This document shows, piece after piece, positions 21,135 to 30,638 of a stretch of DNA of 64,000 nucleotides. The stretch comes from Candidatus Omnitrophota bacterium (GTDB taxonomy: Bacteria; Omnitrophota; Gorgyraeia; Aquiviventales; Aquiviventaceae). The stretch is taken from contig JAHFGV010000005.1 in assembly GCA_023247255.1 (NCBI GenBank), positions 6,067-70,066 on the forward strand, given 5' to 3'. Each line of letters begins with the position of its first letter. Position 1 is the first letter of the stretch. A program made the translations under genes and the position numbers. The notes beneath the pieces were generated by a model. That model was not told the origin of the DNA, searched no databases, and worked only from the letters and a program-made list of their open reading frames with translations.

Positions 21135-22136
21135 TTGCACAATTGCCCAATTTGTAGCATCCTATCCTTAACGCAGAGGAGGAACAAAGGCATGCTACGA
21201 TTTGCCAAACTCGTGCACCACCCGAGGAAACTCTACAGAATGACGGGACTTACGCTTGACCAGTTCCAGACGCTGACGAATCGGCTCACCCCGCTGTGGG
21301 AGCAAGCGGAACGGATGTGCCTCTCGCAGCGCAAGCGAAAGCCACGCCATCGGGAAAGAGTACCAAGTACAAGCTCTCCACGATGGCGGACAAACTCCTG
21401 TGCGTGCTCAGCTTCTACCGCTTCTACCTCTACCTTTGAGCTGCTCGGCTATCTCGTCGGCCTGGATGCCAGCAATATCTGTCGGCTAAAGCCTCGGCTC
21501 GAACCGCTCATTGAGCAGGCAGCCGATCCAAGCCTGGGGCTGTCGCTCCGCCGTCGGCTCCCGCCCGGCGTCAAGAGAATCGGCACCTGGGAGGAACTCG
21601 TGGAGCGCTGTCCGGACTTCGCAGACGTGGTCACTGATGCGACCAAGCAGGCACGACTCCGTCCACCGCGACGCACCCAGCGGCGCTGGTACTCCGGCAA
21701 ACGTAAGCGCCACACACTCAAGACGCAGTTGAGCATCACTCGGCAGAGTGGCCGGATCCTCCATATCAGTTCAACCGTCCCGGGCCGTGTCCATGACTAC
21801 GCGCTCTTGAAGCGGACGCGACTGGACGAACGGCTGCCGCCGAAGACGCGCCTCACCCTGGATCGGGGGTATGATGGTGCCATGACGGACTATCCGACTC
21901 CCGCTATCGCGCTGCCCGTCAAGCGTCGAGGCAACCACCAGGTCCTGACGCGCTCGGAGCGGGCATTCAACCGCCTCCAGGCGCGGCAGCGGATCATCGT
22001 GGAGCATGTCCCAAGTTGCGTGAAGAAGTACCAGCTCCTCGCGCAGGTCTACCGCCACCGGATCGCGGACTACAACCACCGCTTTCGCAACATTGCGGCC
22101 TTGACGAACTTCCGCCTAACGCCGACGGTGACGTAA
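21135..22136 (+). mobile_element. IS5-family (DDE) transposase gene. The ORF is open, but an approximately 95-nt internal stretch reads in the ancestral frame only when shifted
   Basis: LTLDQF...LWEQAE...RKRK...YSGKRKRHTLK motifs. The conserved KLSTMADKLLCVLSFYRFYL block appears only in an alternate frame around 21345-21435, then returns to TFELLGYLVG. Confidence 0.7.
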
Positions 22137-22178
22137 CCGAACCCGGACGCGCGGAGCCTTCATCGTGTCAAGGGCAAC

Positions 22179-22198
22179 TGCGCAATAGGTCTATTGAA
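22179..22198 (+). repeat. 20-bp direct repeat, copy 1 (tgcgcaataggtctattgaa)
   Basis: Identical 20-mer at 24102-24121. Confidence 0.5.
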
Positions 22199-22278
22199 TT
22201 AGCTCATGTTGAAATGTAGTGGAACTTGTAGTGGCTGAGCTAACGTGAAAGTACAGTTTCGTAGATGAGGAGCTAACC

Positions 22279-22812
22279 GTGAAGAAGCTATCGCTGGCAA
22301 TTAGGCTCATAGCGGTCTTGCTAATTCTTAATGGAGCGGGAAGGGTAGCTGTTGTTGCTTTTGGCCTGGTAGTCTTTTCAAGAGCGATGGAACCAATCGA
22401 GCTATCGCCAGAGTGGGAAAAGGTCTTGAGCAGAACAGTCCAACGGGGCGCGATTTCACCCGAAGAAGCTGTGCAAAGGAGAGAGCAGGCTAAAAAGGTA
22501 CGTGAGCAGCAAGGGGCGTTCCCTGAGTTTAGGTCTTGGGGTGCAGTACAGGTGCTTGCGCTCATAACCAGTTTACTTGGCATGGGGAAGCTGATTGCTG
22601 GTATCGGTATCTTAATGCTGAGGGATTGGGCGCGGACGTTAGCCGTGTGGCAGTCTGGATTGTGGATTGCGTTTAGTTTTTCGTTCCAGTTATTGCTCAG
22701 GGTTTCTCAAAAGTTCCATAATGTTATCCTAGGCCATCAACAAGTAGGCCATACGGTTGGTCAATGGGTCATGTTCTTCTGCTGGGTTATCTTGAATGGC
22801 TACCTCATCTAG
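22279..22812 (+). CDS. Hypothetical 4-TM membrane protein (lower-GC, likely foreign)
   Basis: 177 aa. Flanked by similar 17-20-mers gtgaaagtacagtttcgtag (22243) and gtgaaagcacagtttcaaaag (22832). Confidence 0.45.
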   Translation: MKKLSLAIRLIAVLLILNGAGRVAVVAFGLVVFSRAMEPIELSPEWEKVLSRTVQRGAISPEEAVQRREQAKKVREQQGAFPEFRSWGAVQVLALITSLLGMGKLIAGIGILMLRDWARTLAVWQSGLWIAFSFSFQLLLRVSQKFHNVILGHQQVGHTVGQWVMFFCWVILNGYLI

Positions 22813-22888
22813 CTTTTCCTTCAACCTTCGGTGAAAGCACAGTTTCAAAAGCAAACGTAGCTCGTTTCGTCAGCTTTCACACTTAAAA

Positions 22889-23097
22889 TCACATCCTGCT
22901 CGACACTCCTCCTGACACCGCCACAGGAAATCGGTTAACATCCTTGTCGTACTCAGGTGAGAGATGCGCGTAATGCTCCATCGTAATTCTGGGGTTTGAG
23001 TGTCCCATCCATTTCTGGATTTTGAAAATGCTGACTTCTGCCTGAGCGACTTGGTGGTGAAGCGAAAGAGCTTGACGAATACAATAGAATATAATAC
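22889..23097 (-). pseudogene. C-terminal remnant of a tyrosine recombinase/integrase
   Basis: Minus-strand translation in a frame different from the listed ORF gives LHHQVAQAEVSIFKIQKWMGHSNPRITMEHYAHLSPEYDKDVNRF. This matches the conserved integrase C-terminus including the catalytic HY..Y region. Confidence 0.7.
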
Positions 23098-23123
23098 ATT
23101 ATAGATATATTCAGGAGGCTCCC

Positions 23124-23366
23124 ATGGCAAAAGTGGTCACGGTACGGCTTTCGGAGGAGGACTATCGAAAGATTGCAGCCGTCGCAAAACGTGAGCGGCG
23201 CCCGCTTTCGAACTTTATGACGCTGATGGTGATCAAGGGCATCGAGGAGGGCGATTACGTCGATGCCGTGGAGATGGATCAGATCCTCGCGGACAAGTCT
23301 CTGAGGGCTAAGTTACGGGCAGGGCACTACGACGCCAAGCGACGCAAAGGCAAGCTCGTTGGCTGA
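23124..23366 (+). CDS. Ribbon-helix-helix (CopG/ParD-like) antitoxin
   Basis: 80 aa. VTVRLSEEDYRKIAAVAKRERRPLSNFM RHH motif. Overlaps the toxin start. Confidence 0.7.
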   Translation: MAKVVTVRLSEEDYRKIAAVAKRERRPLSNFMTLMVIKGIEEGDYVDAVEMDQILADKSLRAKLRAGHYDAKRRKGKLVG

Positions 23367-23637
23367 TTTTCGTATCTTCGAGACCTCACAGTTTCAGAAG
23401 GACCTTCAGCAGGACTTCCGAGGGCAACAGGCGCGCATTGAACGCAAGCTCGCCACGTATGTCTATCCCCAGCTGCGAGCGAATTCCTACATCGGGAAGA
23501 ATATCAAGAAACTTCGGGATGCCGTTCCTGAGACCTGGCGGTATCGCATCGGGGATTACCGATTTTTCTACAGGGTCGATGAGCGGCAACGACTCATCTT
23601 TATGCTGACTGCCGACCATCGTGGTCACGCGTATTGA
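23359..23637 (+). CDS. RelE/ParE-family toxin
   Basis: 92 aa. RYRIGDYRFFYRVDERQRLIFMLTADHRGHAY. Confidence 0.75.
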   Translation: MADFRIFETSQFQKDLQQDFRGQQARIERKLATYVYPQLRANSYIGKNIKKLRDAVPETWRYRIGDYRFFYRVDERQRLIFMLTADHRGHAY

Positions 23638-23768
23638 ACGATAACCCTGAAGTGATCAGCTTAACAGTTGACGGCAGGAAAAATCCACGATACCATCATC
23701 CCCTCGACGAGAAGCTGGAAGATTTTCTCTCATTACACACTCCACCTTAAACATTACACAGCTTTTCA

Positions 23769-23842
23769 GGGGGCGTAGCTCAATTGGTTAGAGTGGCGGC
23801 CTGTCGAGCCGTAGGTTGCGGGTTCGAGCCCCGTCGCCCCCG
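23769..23842 (+). tRNA. tRNA-Asp (anticodon GTC)
   Basis: Manual cloverleaf: acceptor GGGGGCG/CGCCCCC, anticodon arm GCGGC-CTGTCGA-GCCGT, T arm GCGGG-TTCGAGC-CCCGT, discriminator G. Confidence 0.85.
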
Positions 23843-23889
23843 TTTTTGAACTGACGGAAGCCGTTATCTCGGAAGAGGTGACGGCTTCG

Positions 23890-24068
23890 TCGTCTTCTGG
23901 GATGAAAAAACGTAACCGGGTTGAAGCTGTTTTTATGATGATCCACAGCCAGCTCTTGTACGAAATTCTCAGCCGGTTGATCCATCGGACCGAGAAGTCG
24001 TGGAACGTGTAACCGCAGCGTTTACAGCGGTACCGTTTACCCACGATCCTTTGGTTTTTCAAGCACAC
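23890..24068 (-). pseudogene. N-terminal zinc-ribbon fragment of an IS1595/IS1-InsA-like transposase
   Basis: MCLKNQRIVGKRYRCKRCGYTFHDFSVRWINRLRISYKSWLWII. The remainder of the listed ORF is antisense of tRNA-Asp. Confidence 0.45.
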
Positions 24069-24101
24069 CAGCCGACCGGAGTTTGAGCACAGAAAACTGA
24101 T

Positions 24102-24121
24102 TGCGCAATAGGTCTATTGAA
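24102..24121 (+). repeat. 20-bp direct repeat, copy 2 (tgcgcaataggtctattgaa)
   Basis: Identical to 22179-22198. Confidence 0.5.
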
Positions 24122-24199
24122 GCCCGCGAGAGGGCTGCTCCATTGCGAGTCCTTCTCGTTCTCCTTGACGGTTGTGGCGCGTAGGCGTATTCTTCATGA

Positions 24200-24875
24200 G
24201 ATGGGTGACGAACCAAGAGCCTTCATGGGCCAATTCCTCTCTCGTATGGAGCCTTTCAGACGACTCAGCCAGGCTGAACGGCTACGGCTTGCTGCTGTCG
24301 CCCGTGAGAAACGCTATGACAAAGGCGACACCATCTTCCGCGCAGGTCAGCCAGCCGATGCCGTCTGCGTCGTCAGAGAAGGCCGCGTCCACTTGATGAA
24401 ATTTCTCGAAGGCGGGCAGGCGTCCACGACGTGCGTCATGACGCCCGGGGAAACGTTCTGTTGTCTGCCGGCGCTTGACGGAAAACCGTACCCCGTGGAT
24501 GCCGTCGCTGCAGTGGACTCCACGGTCATTTGCATTCCTACCAGCGCCTTCCATGAGCTCCTGCGCAAGAACCCCGCGTTCCTCCAAGACTCACTCTGCC
24601 TCTTCTGCGATCGGCTGCGCCAGGTCGAGGACAAGAGTTGCATGACCTACGACTCCGTCGAGCGGCGGCTGGCCAAATCACTCCTCATGCTCTCAAAGAA
24701 GTTCGGCCCGACGATTCCGCTGACCAAACAGGAGCTGGCCGAGCTGGCCAATACCACCCAGGAGACCACGATCCGAATTTTAAGCCAACTGAGCAAGCAA
24801 GGGGTGATTCGTTCCGCCCGCGGGAAAACCACGATCCTGCGCCCAGAGAAGCTCTCCGCCTTCCTCGACCCGTAA
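24200..24875 (+). CDS. Crp/Fnr-family transcriptional regulator
   Basis: cNMP-binding-like N-terminal domain. C-terminal HTH LAELANTTQETTIRILSQL. ATG at 24200. Confidence 0.8.
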
Positions 24876-24882
24876 GCCCTTC

Positions 24883-24896
24883 CTGACGGACGTCAT
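24883..24896. promoter_or_regulatory. Palindromic Crp/Fnr-type candidate operator CTGAC-GGAC-GTCAT
   Basis: Directly downstream of the Crp/Fnr gene. Member of a 4-site family. Confidence 0.35.
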
Positions 24897-25043
24897 AGAA
24901 ATCCTCTAGACCGCAAGGTATCGTTGCGGGTAGCCACGTCACAGAGGAGGTGACTCCGTCGGTTTTGCAAGACTACACTCATTGGACGACGAGGAGTTGC
25001 GGAAGCCTCCAAGGGAGATCCCACGCAACTCCATCATAATGAC

Positions 25044-25057
25044 ATGACGTACGTCAT
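25044..25057. promoter_or_regulatory. Palindromic candidate operator ATGAC-GTAC-GTCAT upstream of the hemerythrin-like gene
   Basis: Perfect 14-bp palindrome 41 bp upstream of ATG 25098. Confidence 0.4.
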
Positions 25058-25097
25058 AGAAGGATTCCCTGTTGAGCGCTACAGTTAGATATGAAAG

Positions 25098-25761
25098 GAG
25101 GCGCAGGATGAACGCGGTCGAGCGTCTGCGGCGGGATCACACGATCCTCAGAGCCAAGCTGAGCGTCTTGGAAGGGGCGCTGACCATGGGGTCGGAGACA
25201 TGGTTCGTGCTCCGGGAAATTTGCCACGCGCTCTCTCGCCAGCTCCAGGATCACATCAAACGTGAAGAGGAGCTGGTCACGGCGTGCAAAGAAGCACTGC
25301 CCGACGACGTGCTGGCCCATCTCACCGTCGGGCATAAGGACGAGCCTGCGTTGCTGCGGACGATCAACCGGCTGTTTATCGAGGAGCAGGGGCATTCTCT
25401 TGCGAGCATCAGGCCGTCGTTGACGAGGCTCATTCTCGGCCTGCGTGGTCACATGGACGAAGAGGAGGCCGAGTTGTTCCCGGCGATTGAAGGGGTCCTG
25501 AGCGACCATGAAGCAGCGGAGGTTCAAGAGCCGCTTCCGCCTGTCAGGCTGCGCGAGGAGATGACGGTCAACCATGTACTCCATACTTACCCGCAAACCA
25601 AACCACTCCTTGAACGGCTCTTCATCAACGTTCCGTATGAGGGCTACGACTGCCTAGATGAAGTCGCCTGGAGACGGGGAATGGACTGCTGCCAATTCAT
25701 CGGGCTGCTTGAGGAGGCGATCAGCGTGGCGTACCACTGTGATGAGATCGTAGCAGCATGA
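25098..25761 (+). CDS. Hemerythrin-like domain protein with a ScdA_N/DUF1858-like C-terminal domain
   Basis: RBS aaaggagg. HxxxE-type hemerythrin motifs in the N-terminal half. C-terminal YEGYDCLDEVAWRRGMDC. Confidence 0.55.
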
Positions 25762-25774
25762 GCTCGCTTTTGAC

Positions 25775-25803
25775 TTGACGAACCACGAGCTTGTTAATAA
25801 GAT
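25775..25803 (+). promoter_or_regulatory. Candidate sigma70 promoter (TTGACG - 17 nt - TAAGAT) upstream of hemA
   Basis: Spacing and hexamers read directly. Weak -10. Confidence 0.25.
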
Positions 25804-25848
25804 GAAACACGCGATGGGTCGACAGGGTGTTGTGAGGAGCCGTCCAGC

Positions 25849-26925
25849 GTGAACCTCCTCGTTGTGGGACTCAGTCATCGCACCGCGCCGCTCGAATTGC
25901 GCGAGCTGCTGGCGATCCCGTCACGCGAGTTGCCCGACACACTCGGCGATCTTCATACCCAGTTCGGGATCGATGAAGCGGTGATCCTGTCGACCTGCAA
26001 TCGGGTTGAGATCTACGTCATCACACCAGACCCCTCCGCAACCTCCTACGGCCTCATCGACTTCTTGAGTCATCGAAGCCACGTGGCCCCCGAGGCGTTC
26101 CAATCCCGGATGTATTGCCTAACGGGACCTGACGCGGTGAGACAGCTCTTTGGCGTCACTGCAGGGCTGGATTCGATGGTCCTTGGGGAGTCAGAAATCA
26201 CGGCCCAAGTGAAACAAGCCTATCGGGTGGCACAAACCGAAGAGACAACCGGGCTTGTGCTCCATCGCCTCTTCCAGAAAGCCTTGCACACGGCAAAGGT
26301 CATTCGATCCAAGACACGCTTAGGCTTTGGCCAAGCCTCCATCGGATCAATCGTTGTCGCGCTTGCCAGGAAACTCTTCGAAGGGCAACTTCAAAATTGC
26401 GAAGTCTTGCTTTGGGGAGCCGGAAAGGCGGCGGAATCGACTGCACGGTATCTCATCAAGAACGGGGTGGGCCAGTTGTGGATTGTCAACCGCACACCGC
26501 TCAAAGCGCGGGATCTTGCGACGCTTTGCCAAAGCGGCTGGCTCTCGTGGGAGCAGGCGTTGAAGCACCTCGCCCACGTCGATATTGCCATCGTCTGCAC
26601 CCAAGCGCCGCACTACGTCATCGATCAAGGCGACCTCGATGCGGTTGCGGCTCAGCGCGGCAGCCGCCCCCTGTGTCTCGTTGACCTGGCGGTGCCTCGC
26701 AACGTCGAGCCGTCCCTCGCGCGGCATCCCGGTGTGCGCCTCTACAACATCGATGATCTCCAAACCATTACGCAGGCTGCACAATCGCAGCGTGAACAGG
26801 AACGCGAACGCTCTGACGCGCTCATTCAGGAGCAGGTCAACCATTTCTCTCGTTGGTGGATGGCAGTTTCCCACAAGAAGGAGGATGTTCCATGCCGATC
26901 CGTCGAGGCCTTCTCGTCGGTGTGA
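25849..26925 (+). CDS. hemA: Glutamyl-tRNA reductase
   Basis: GLSHRTAPLELRE...STCNRVEIY...ESEITAQVKQAY. GTG start. Shortish C-terminus overlapping the next gene. Confidence 0.85.
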   Translation: MNLLVVGLSHRTAPLELRELLAIPSRELPDTLGDLHTQFGIDEAVILSTCNRVEIYVITPDPSATSYGLIDFLSHRSHVAPEAFQSRMYCLTGPDAVRQLFGVTAGLDSMVLGESEITAQVKQAYRVAQTEETTGLVLHRLFQKALHTAKVIRSKTRLGFGQASIGSIVVALARKLFEGQLQNCEVLLWGAGKAAESTARYLIKNGVGQLWIVNRTPLKARDLATLCQSGWLSWEQALKHLAHVDIAIVCTQAPHYVIDQGDLDAVAAQRGSRPLCLVDLAVPRNVEPSLARHPGVRLYNIDDLQTITQAAQSQREQERERSDALIQEQVNHFSRWWMAVSHKKEDVPCRSVEAFSSV

Positions 26926-28118
26926 GTCTCGTCGCGGCGCTTACGCTCGGAGAATCAGCGTGGGCAACGATCGAGAACCTCAAAAGCTACAAGGCAGCCT
27001 ATCCCGATAAAGATCCCAAGGCCTATTCGTGCAAGGCCTGCCACGAGGGCCTCATCGGGAAGAAAGACAACCTCAACGCCTATGGTCTCACCTTGCAGAA
27101 GTTCAAAGTGGATGCCGGGGCGAAGAAATTGACCGAAGAAGATTTTCGGGCGTTCGAGGCTGCGGATGCTGATGGGGATGGCGCCTCCAATCTTGATGAG
27201 CTGGACGCGGGCACTGATCTGAATGATCCCACGTCCGTGCCGGAGGGCGCTGGGCAAACGCCAGAAAAAAAAGAAGAAAGCCCAGGCACTGAGCAGCAGA
27301 CAAGCCCTCCAGGCGGCGCGTCGCAACTGAATCCAGGGACACTGAAACAGTTGCAGGCCTACCTGGAGGAGCAGATCGTCCCAGACGTTCAAGCGGCGCC
27401 AGAGGAATCGTCAGTGTCTAGGCGGCATGACGACAAAACAGCGTCCAACGCCAAATCCTCCCAACCCGAACAGGCTGAGTACGTGGGGATGGAGACCTGC
27501 GCGATGTGTCATAACAAGCAGCACCAGGAATTTCTCCACTCAACCCATGCCAGGATCGCAATCCCCGGAGAGACCAAGGCGCAAGGTTGTGAGACCTGTC
27601 ATGGGCCCGGCAGTCTGCACGTTGCTGCCGGTGGCGGTCGTGGCGTCGGTGGGATTATCAATCCGAAGAAGGATCCCGGCGCCTGTTTTGCCTGTCACCT
27701 CGACAAGAAAGCGGAATTTCGTTTGCCCCATCACCATCCCGTGATGGAAGGCAAGATGAGTTGTGCGGATTGCCACAATCCCCACGGTGAGGATGTGCGG
27801 CCGTGGTCAGCGACGACGCTGAAGGATATCAATGAGGCCTGCTTTCGGTGCCACAAGGAACAGCGCGGCCCATTCGCCTGGGAACACGAGGCGCTGCGGG
27901 AAGGTTGCACGACCTGTCACAAGGTTCATGGCTCGATTCACGAGAAGATGCTGCTCGTCCGGGACAACAACTTGTGCCTGCGCTGCCATACGCAGACGAA
28001 CTTCCCGACCATTGGCAGGTCCAGCCATGCTGGCCGGCTTCCCCAAGGGACGTGCTTTAGCGCGGGATGCCATACGGCGGTTCACGGATCGAACTTCGAC
28101 GATCACCTCCGCTACTAA
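26892..28118 (+). CDS. Periplasmic multiheme cytochrome c (about 8-9 CxxCH; MtrA/DmsE-like candidate) with an N-terminal acidic DxDxDG-repeat extension
   Basis: RBS aaggagga. Signal peptide. CxxCH x8 plus CFSAGCH. N-terminal region DADGDGASNLDELDAGTDLNDP. Confidence 0.8.
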   Translation: MPIRRGLLVGVSLVAALTLGESAWATIENLKSYKAAYPDKDPKAYSCKACHEGLIGKKDNLNAYGLTLQKFKVDAGAKKLTEEDFRAFEAADADGDGASNLDELDAGTDLNDPTSVPEGAGQTPEKKEESPGTEQQTSPPGGASQLNPGTLKQLQAYLEEQIVPDVQAAPEESSVSRRHDDKTASNAKSSQPEQAEYVGMETCAMCHNKQHQEFLHSTHARIAIPGETKAQGCETCHGPGSLHVAAGGGRGVGGIINPKKDPGACFACHLDKKAEFRLPHHHPVMEGKMSCADCHNPHGEDVRPWSATTLKDINEACFRCHKEQRGPFAWEHEALREGCTTCHKVHGSIHEKMLLVRDNNLCLRCHTQTNFPTIGRSSHAGRLPQGTCFSAGCHTAVHGSNFDDHLRY

Positions 28119-28130
28119 AGGAGACGCCTC

Positions 28131-30191
28131 ATGCGCGCGATGCTTTGTTGGACGTTGGGAGGAATTCTGGGTGTGAGTCTATGGTTACCCTCACGCCTTG
28201 CTGAGGCTGCGGACCCGGAGGTTTCCCTTTCCCTGGAGCCCATCCGTTATGCGTTCGTCAATGGCGACCGGGATAAGTTTAGCGCCCATCATTGGATGAA
28301 AGACAACTACGTCGGAGGCGTGAAGGAGTTTTCCTTCGACTACGCCCTTGCGGATGGAACGCAGCTCTCCGCAGAAAGCCACGCGCTCATTGATCAAAAC
28401 GATTTGGGCGCTGACGTCTCACTTAAGAAAGACTCACTGGGCTTTTTCAATCTCGGCTACTCCGAATTCCGCAAGTATTACGATAAAACCGGTGGTGTGT
28501 ACTATCCGTTTACCACCCTTCGCAGCAACGATACGTTTAAGGACCTTGCTCTGGACATCGGTCACCTCAGCCTTGAAAGCGGGTTGACCCTGGAAGGCTG
28601 GCCTGACCTGACCTTCGAGTACGAGCGCGAATTCAAGGATGGGGCGAAATCGCGCCTGAGCTGGGTCCCAACGAAGGAAGGGACCACCACCCGGAATATC
28701 GGTCCCTCGTGGCAAGATCTTGATGAGGTCGTCGACTCATTTGGCCTCAAAGCCGATCATGAGATCGCAGGATTCACTCTCAAGGGCGAGCAGCGATGGG
28801 AGTTCGTGCGGACCGAAACCTTTCGGGAGGAGAAATTTCTCGCGACAACAGGTGTCGCAGCAGACACCAAGATTCGACGGCAGGACCAAGCCCCGCAAGC
28901 CACCTTGATGACGACGACGTTAGGCGGGGAGCGTTCGTTCTTCGCTGACAAGATATTTACATCGATGGGCTACCATTTCGCCCACATGGATAATCGGGAA
29001 TTCGAGACAATCGTCGAGTCGAACGCGGCTGGAACCGTAACAAACTTTTCGAATCCGAAGCAGATCCGTAATGCGCGCGCCGATAACGACTACGATACCC
29101 ATACCTGGGTAGGGAACTTCATGATCAACCCCTGGAACTGGCTGAGCCTCGGGACCAAACTCAAGGCTGAAGCGATTCACCGGGAGAGCGACTCAAGCTA
29201 TCCGGCGGATGCCTCGCCGAACTCCACGGGCGGCAGCACCCCGAATGGGGCGATCGACTCTCTCGTGGCCAGTCTCAACAAGAACAAGGCCGTTCGCTGG
29301 GGGGAAGGAGTGTCCCTGCGGTTTTTTGGCATCCCACGCACCGCTCTCTACACTGATTTGGAGTTGGAGCAATCGCGAGTAATCTTGGCAGAGGATCGGA
29401 AAGATTTAGTGACGATCCCGAATGTCAACGAGGATTTCAGCCGCTACACTGTCACCAACGTCCGACGAGGGACGTGGACATTGGGCGGCCATGTCGCGCC
29501 GGGGTCGTTCCTCGATCTGACGACGCAGGTCCGGCGACGTGTCAACAACAACGACTACGATGACCAACGGGAAACCGTCGCCTCAGGGACGGCGCTGTCC
29601 GCATTCGTCGATATGCAGAACATCCATACGGATGAGTTCACCACGCGGGCCACGCTGCGGCCCTCTCGGTGGTTTCGCCCCTCGTTCCGGTACCAGTTCC
29701 GTAACGATAAATATGCGACTCGGACGGAAGCGCAGGATACCGTAAAGACGGGTATGCTCTCGAACATCTACACTTTTGACGTAACGGCACAACCGTTGCG
29801 AGACCTCACGACCACCGCCTCCTTCTCGCGTCAGACGGCCGTCACCACCACTCCCGCGGGTTCGGCGTCGTCAGCAAACGTTCCTGGGTTTCGCGCAAAT
29901 GTCAACACGTGGCTTTTCAGCACCGACTACAGCCCAAGGGCGAATGTGAGTATCACCAACGCGCTGCTCTATTCGCGCGCAAGAAACTTCAACGATTTTA
30001 CCGCCAGCGGGATGCCGTTCGGGACCTCGTTTGATCGGCTGGATGTGACCACAGGTCTGAAGTGGGCGCTGACCGAGGATACGTCTGTTGGCACCGAATA
30101 CGCATTCTACTCGTATCTGCCCAATTCGCTGACCGAAGTGGGCGACTACCATGCCCACGTCATCTGGCTCGAGTTGTCGAAGCAGTTTTGA
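28131..30191 (+). CDS. Large outer-membrane beta-barrel protein (candidate MtrB/PioB-type porin partner of the upstream cytochrome)
   Basis: 686 aa. Signal peptide. Alternating amphipathic beta-strand pattern. C-terminal aromatic residue (..LELSKQF). Confidence 0.55.
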   Translation: MRAMLCWTLGGILGVSLWLPSRLAEAADPEVSLSLEPIRYAFVNGDRDKFSAHHWMKDNYVGGVKEFSFDYALADGTQLSAESHALIDQNDLGADVSLKKDSLGFFNLGYSEFRKYYDKTGGVYYPFTTLRSNDTFKDLALDIGHLSLESGLTLEGWPDLTFEYEREFKDGAKSRLSWVPTKEGTTTRNIGPSWQDLDEVVDSFGLKADHEIAGFTLKGEQRWEFVRTETFREEKFLATTGVAADTKIRRQDQAPQATLMTTTLGGERSFFADKIFTSMGYHFAHMDNREFETIVESNAAGTVTNFSNPKQIRNARADNDYDTHTWVGNFMINPWNWLSLGTKLKAEAIHRESDSSYPADASPNSTGGSTPNGAIDSLVASLNKNKAVRWGEGVSLRFFGIPRTALYTDLELEQSRVILAEDRKDLVTIPNVNEDFSRYTVTNVRRGTWTLGGHVAPGSFLDLTTQVRRRVNNNDYDDQRETVASGTALSAFVDMQNIHTDEFTTRATLRPSRWFRPSFRYQFRNDKYATRTEAQDTVKTGMLSNIYTFDVTAQPLRDLTTTASFSRQTAVTTTPAGSASSANVPGFRANVNTWLFSTDYSPRANVSITNALLYSRARNFNDFTASGMPFGTSFDRLDVTTGLKWALTEDTSVGTEYAFYSYLPNSLTEVGDYHAHVIWLELSKQF

Positions 30192-30634
30192 TGTGTCCTC
30201 GTCAGCCCCTCAGTCGCCGGGTTTTCCTGGCGCTTTGCCTCAGGGGTGGTGGGCTTGCCCTGCTTGGGGCTGCGCTCTATCCCATCCTGCGGTATCTCTA
30301 TCCTCCCCGAGGCGTTGAATCCTCCGTCTCCAGCGTTGCGGCGGCGAAGGTGGGGGATCTGGCGACGAATACCGCGAAGATCTTCCGGTTCGGCAGTCGG
30401 CCCGGCCTCCTCATTCGTTCCCCCCAAGGCGAGCTCAAAGCCTTCTCGGCGGTGTGCACCCACCTCAACTGCACCGTTCAGTACGACAGCGACGCGAGCA
30501 TCATCTGGTGCGCCTGCCACAACGGCAAGTATGACTTAAACGGACAGGTCATCTCCGGCCCTCCCCCACGACCACTCGATGCCTACCAGGTGAACGTCCG
30601 CGGAGAAGACATCATCGTCTCCAAGACGTCCTAG
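30191..30634 (+). CDS. Rieske [2Fe-2S] protein with a Tat signal
   Basis: RRVFLAL twin-arginine motif. CTHLNC...CACHNG Rieske boxes. TGATG overlap with the porin stop. Confidence 0.8.
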   Translation: MCPRQPLSRRVFLALCLRGGGLALLGAALYPILRYLYPPRGVESSVSSVAAAKVGDLATNTAKIFRFGSRPGLLIRSPQGELKAFSAVCTHLNCTVQYDSDASIIWCACHNGKYDLNGQVISGPPPRPLDAYQVNVRGEDIIVSKTS

Positions 30635-30638
30635 CCTG

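Noticed and set aside
22870-23130. Listed 86-aa minus ORF
   Set aside because: Its frame is not the integrase-like one. The real signal is a different minus frame (22889-23097) encoding an integrase C-terminal remnant.
23766-23889. C-terminal part of the listed 100-aa minus ORF
   Set aside because: It is the antisense of tRNA-Asp. Only the N-terminal zinc-ribbon part upstream of the tRNA looks like a transposase remnant.
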